Notes under the pieces: generated by a model
What the model was told of the DNA's origin: nothing
Seen by the model: the letters and a program-made list of their open reading frames with translations, nothing else
Database searches by the model: none
In this document: in pieces, positions 63,999 through 64,000 of the stretch
Numbering within the stretch: the first letter of the stretch is position 1
Layout of the letters: each line of letters opens with the position of its first letter
Assembly: GCA_034520945.1 (NCBI GenBank)
Contig: JAXHNB010000006.1
Location: 896,001 to 960,000 of the forward strand
Direction of reading: 5' to 3'
Origin: Trueperaceae bacterium
GTDB lineage: Bacteria > Deinococcota > Deinococci > Deinococcales > Trueperaceae
Length of the DNA: 64,000 nt
Made by a program: the position numbers and the translations under genes

Positions 63999-64000
63999 GA

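Larger units (their letters stand above)
40726..64000. mobile_element. tRNA-Pro-targeted integrative island (satellite/IME-like), right end beyond the window
   Basis: att fragment; visible drop in GC and coding density; xis-like and primase-helicase genes; many IS elements; defence-type cargo. Confidence 0.85.

Overview
High-GC bacterial chromosome segment. The gene set (Thermus-type aspartokinase, IleRS2, tig-clpP-clpX, BTAD-STAND-TPR regulator) is most consistent with Deinococcota, possibly Trueperaceae; this is inference. Bases 1-40.7 kb are core genome: PCD, a coupled lipoprotein(Ig+cohesin-like)/dockerin gene pair, a large GH13 enzyme, glnA, an FNR-like reductase, aspartokinase with an internal beta start, an SCP2/acyl-CoA dehydrogenase/ETF cluster, gap-pgk, a Liv-type ABC transporter, T-box-controlled ileS with a GVHH signature, rho with a long disordered N-terminus, a LysM-M23 peptidase, Rrf2 plus cysteine desulfurase, clpX-clpP-tig, four tRNAs and a STAND regulator. 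At 40678-40725 an isolated 3' half of tRNA-Pro(TGG) marks an att site. From there to the window end lies a lower-GC integrative island: xis-like HTH, NrS-1-like primase-polymerase/SF3 helicase with iteron-like repeats, orphan membrane/secreted proteins, an apparently dead M41-like peptidase, intact and decayed IS5/IS1380/IS1634 elements, a 1256-aa TPR-GreA/B-C-PIN candidate defence protein, and a YgjP/M48 peptidase cut by the right edge. All domain calls come from motif recognition by eye; no searches were run.
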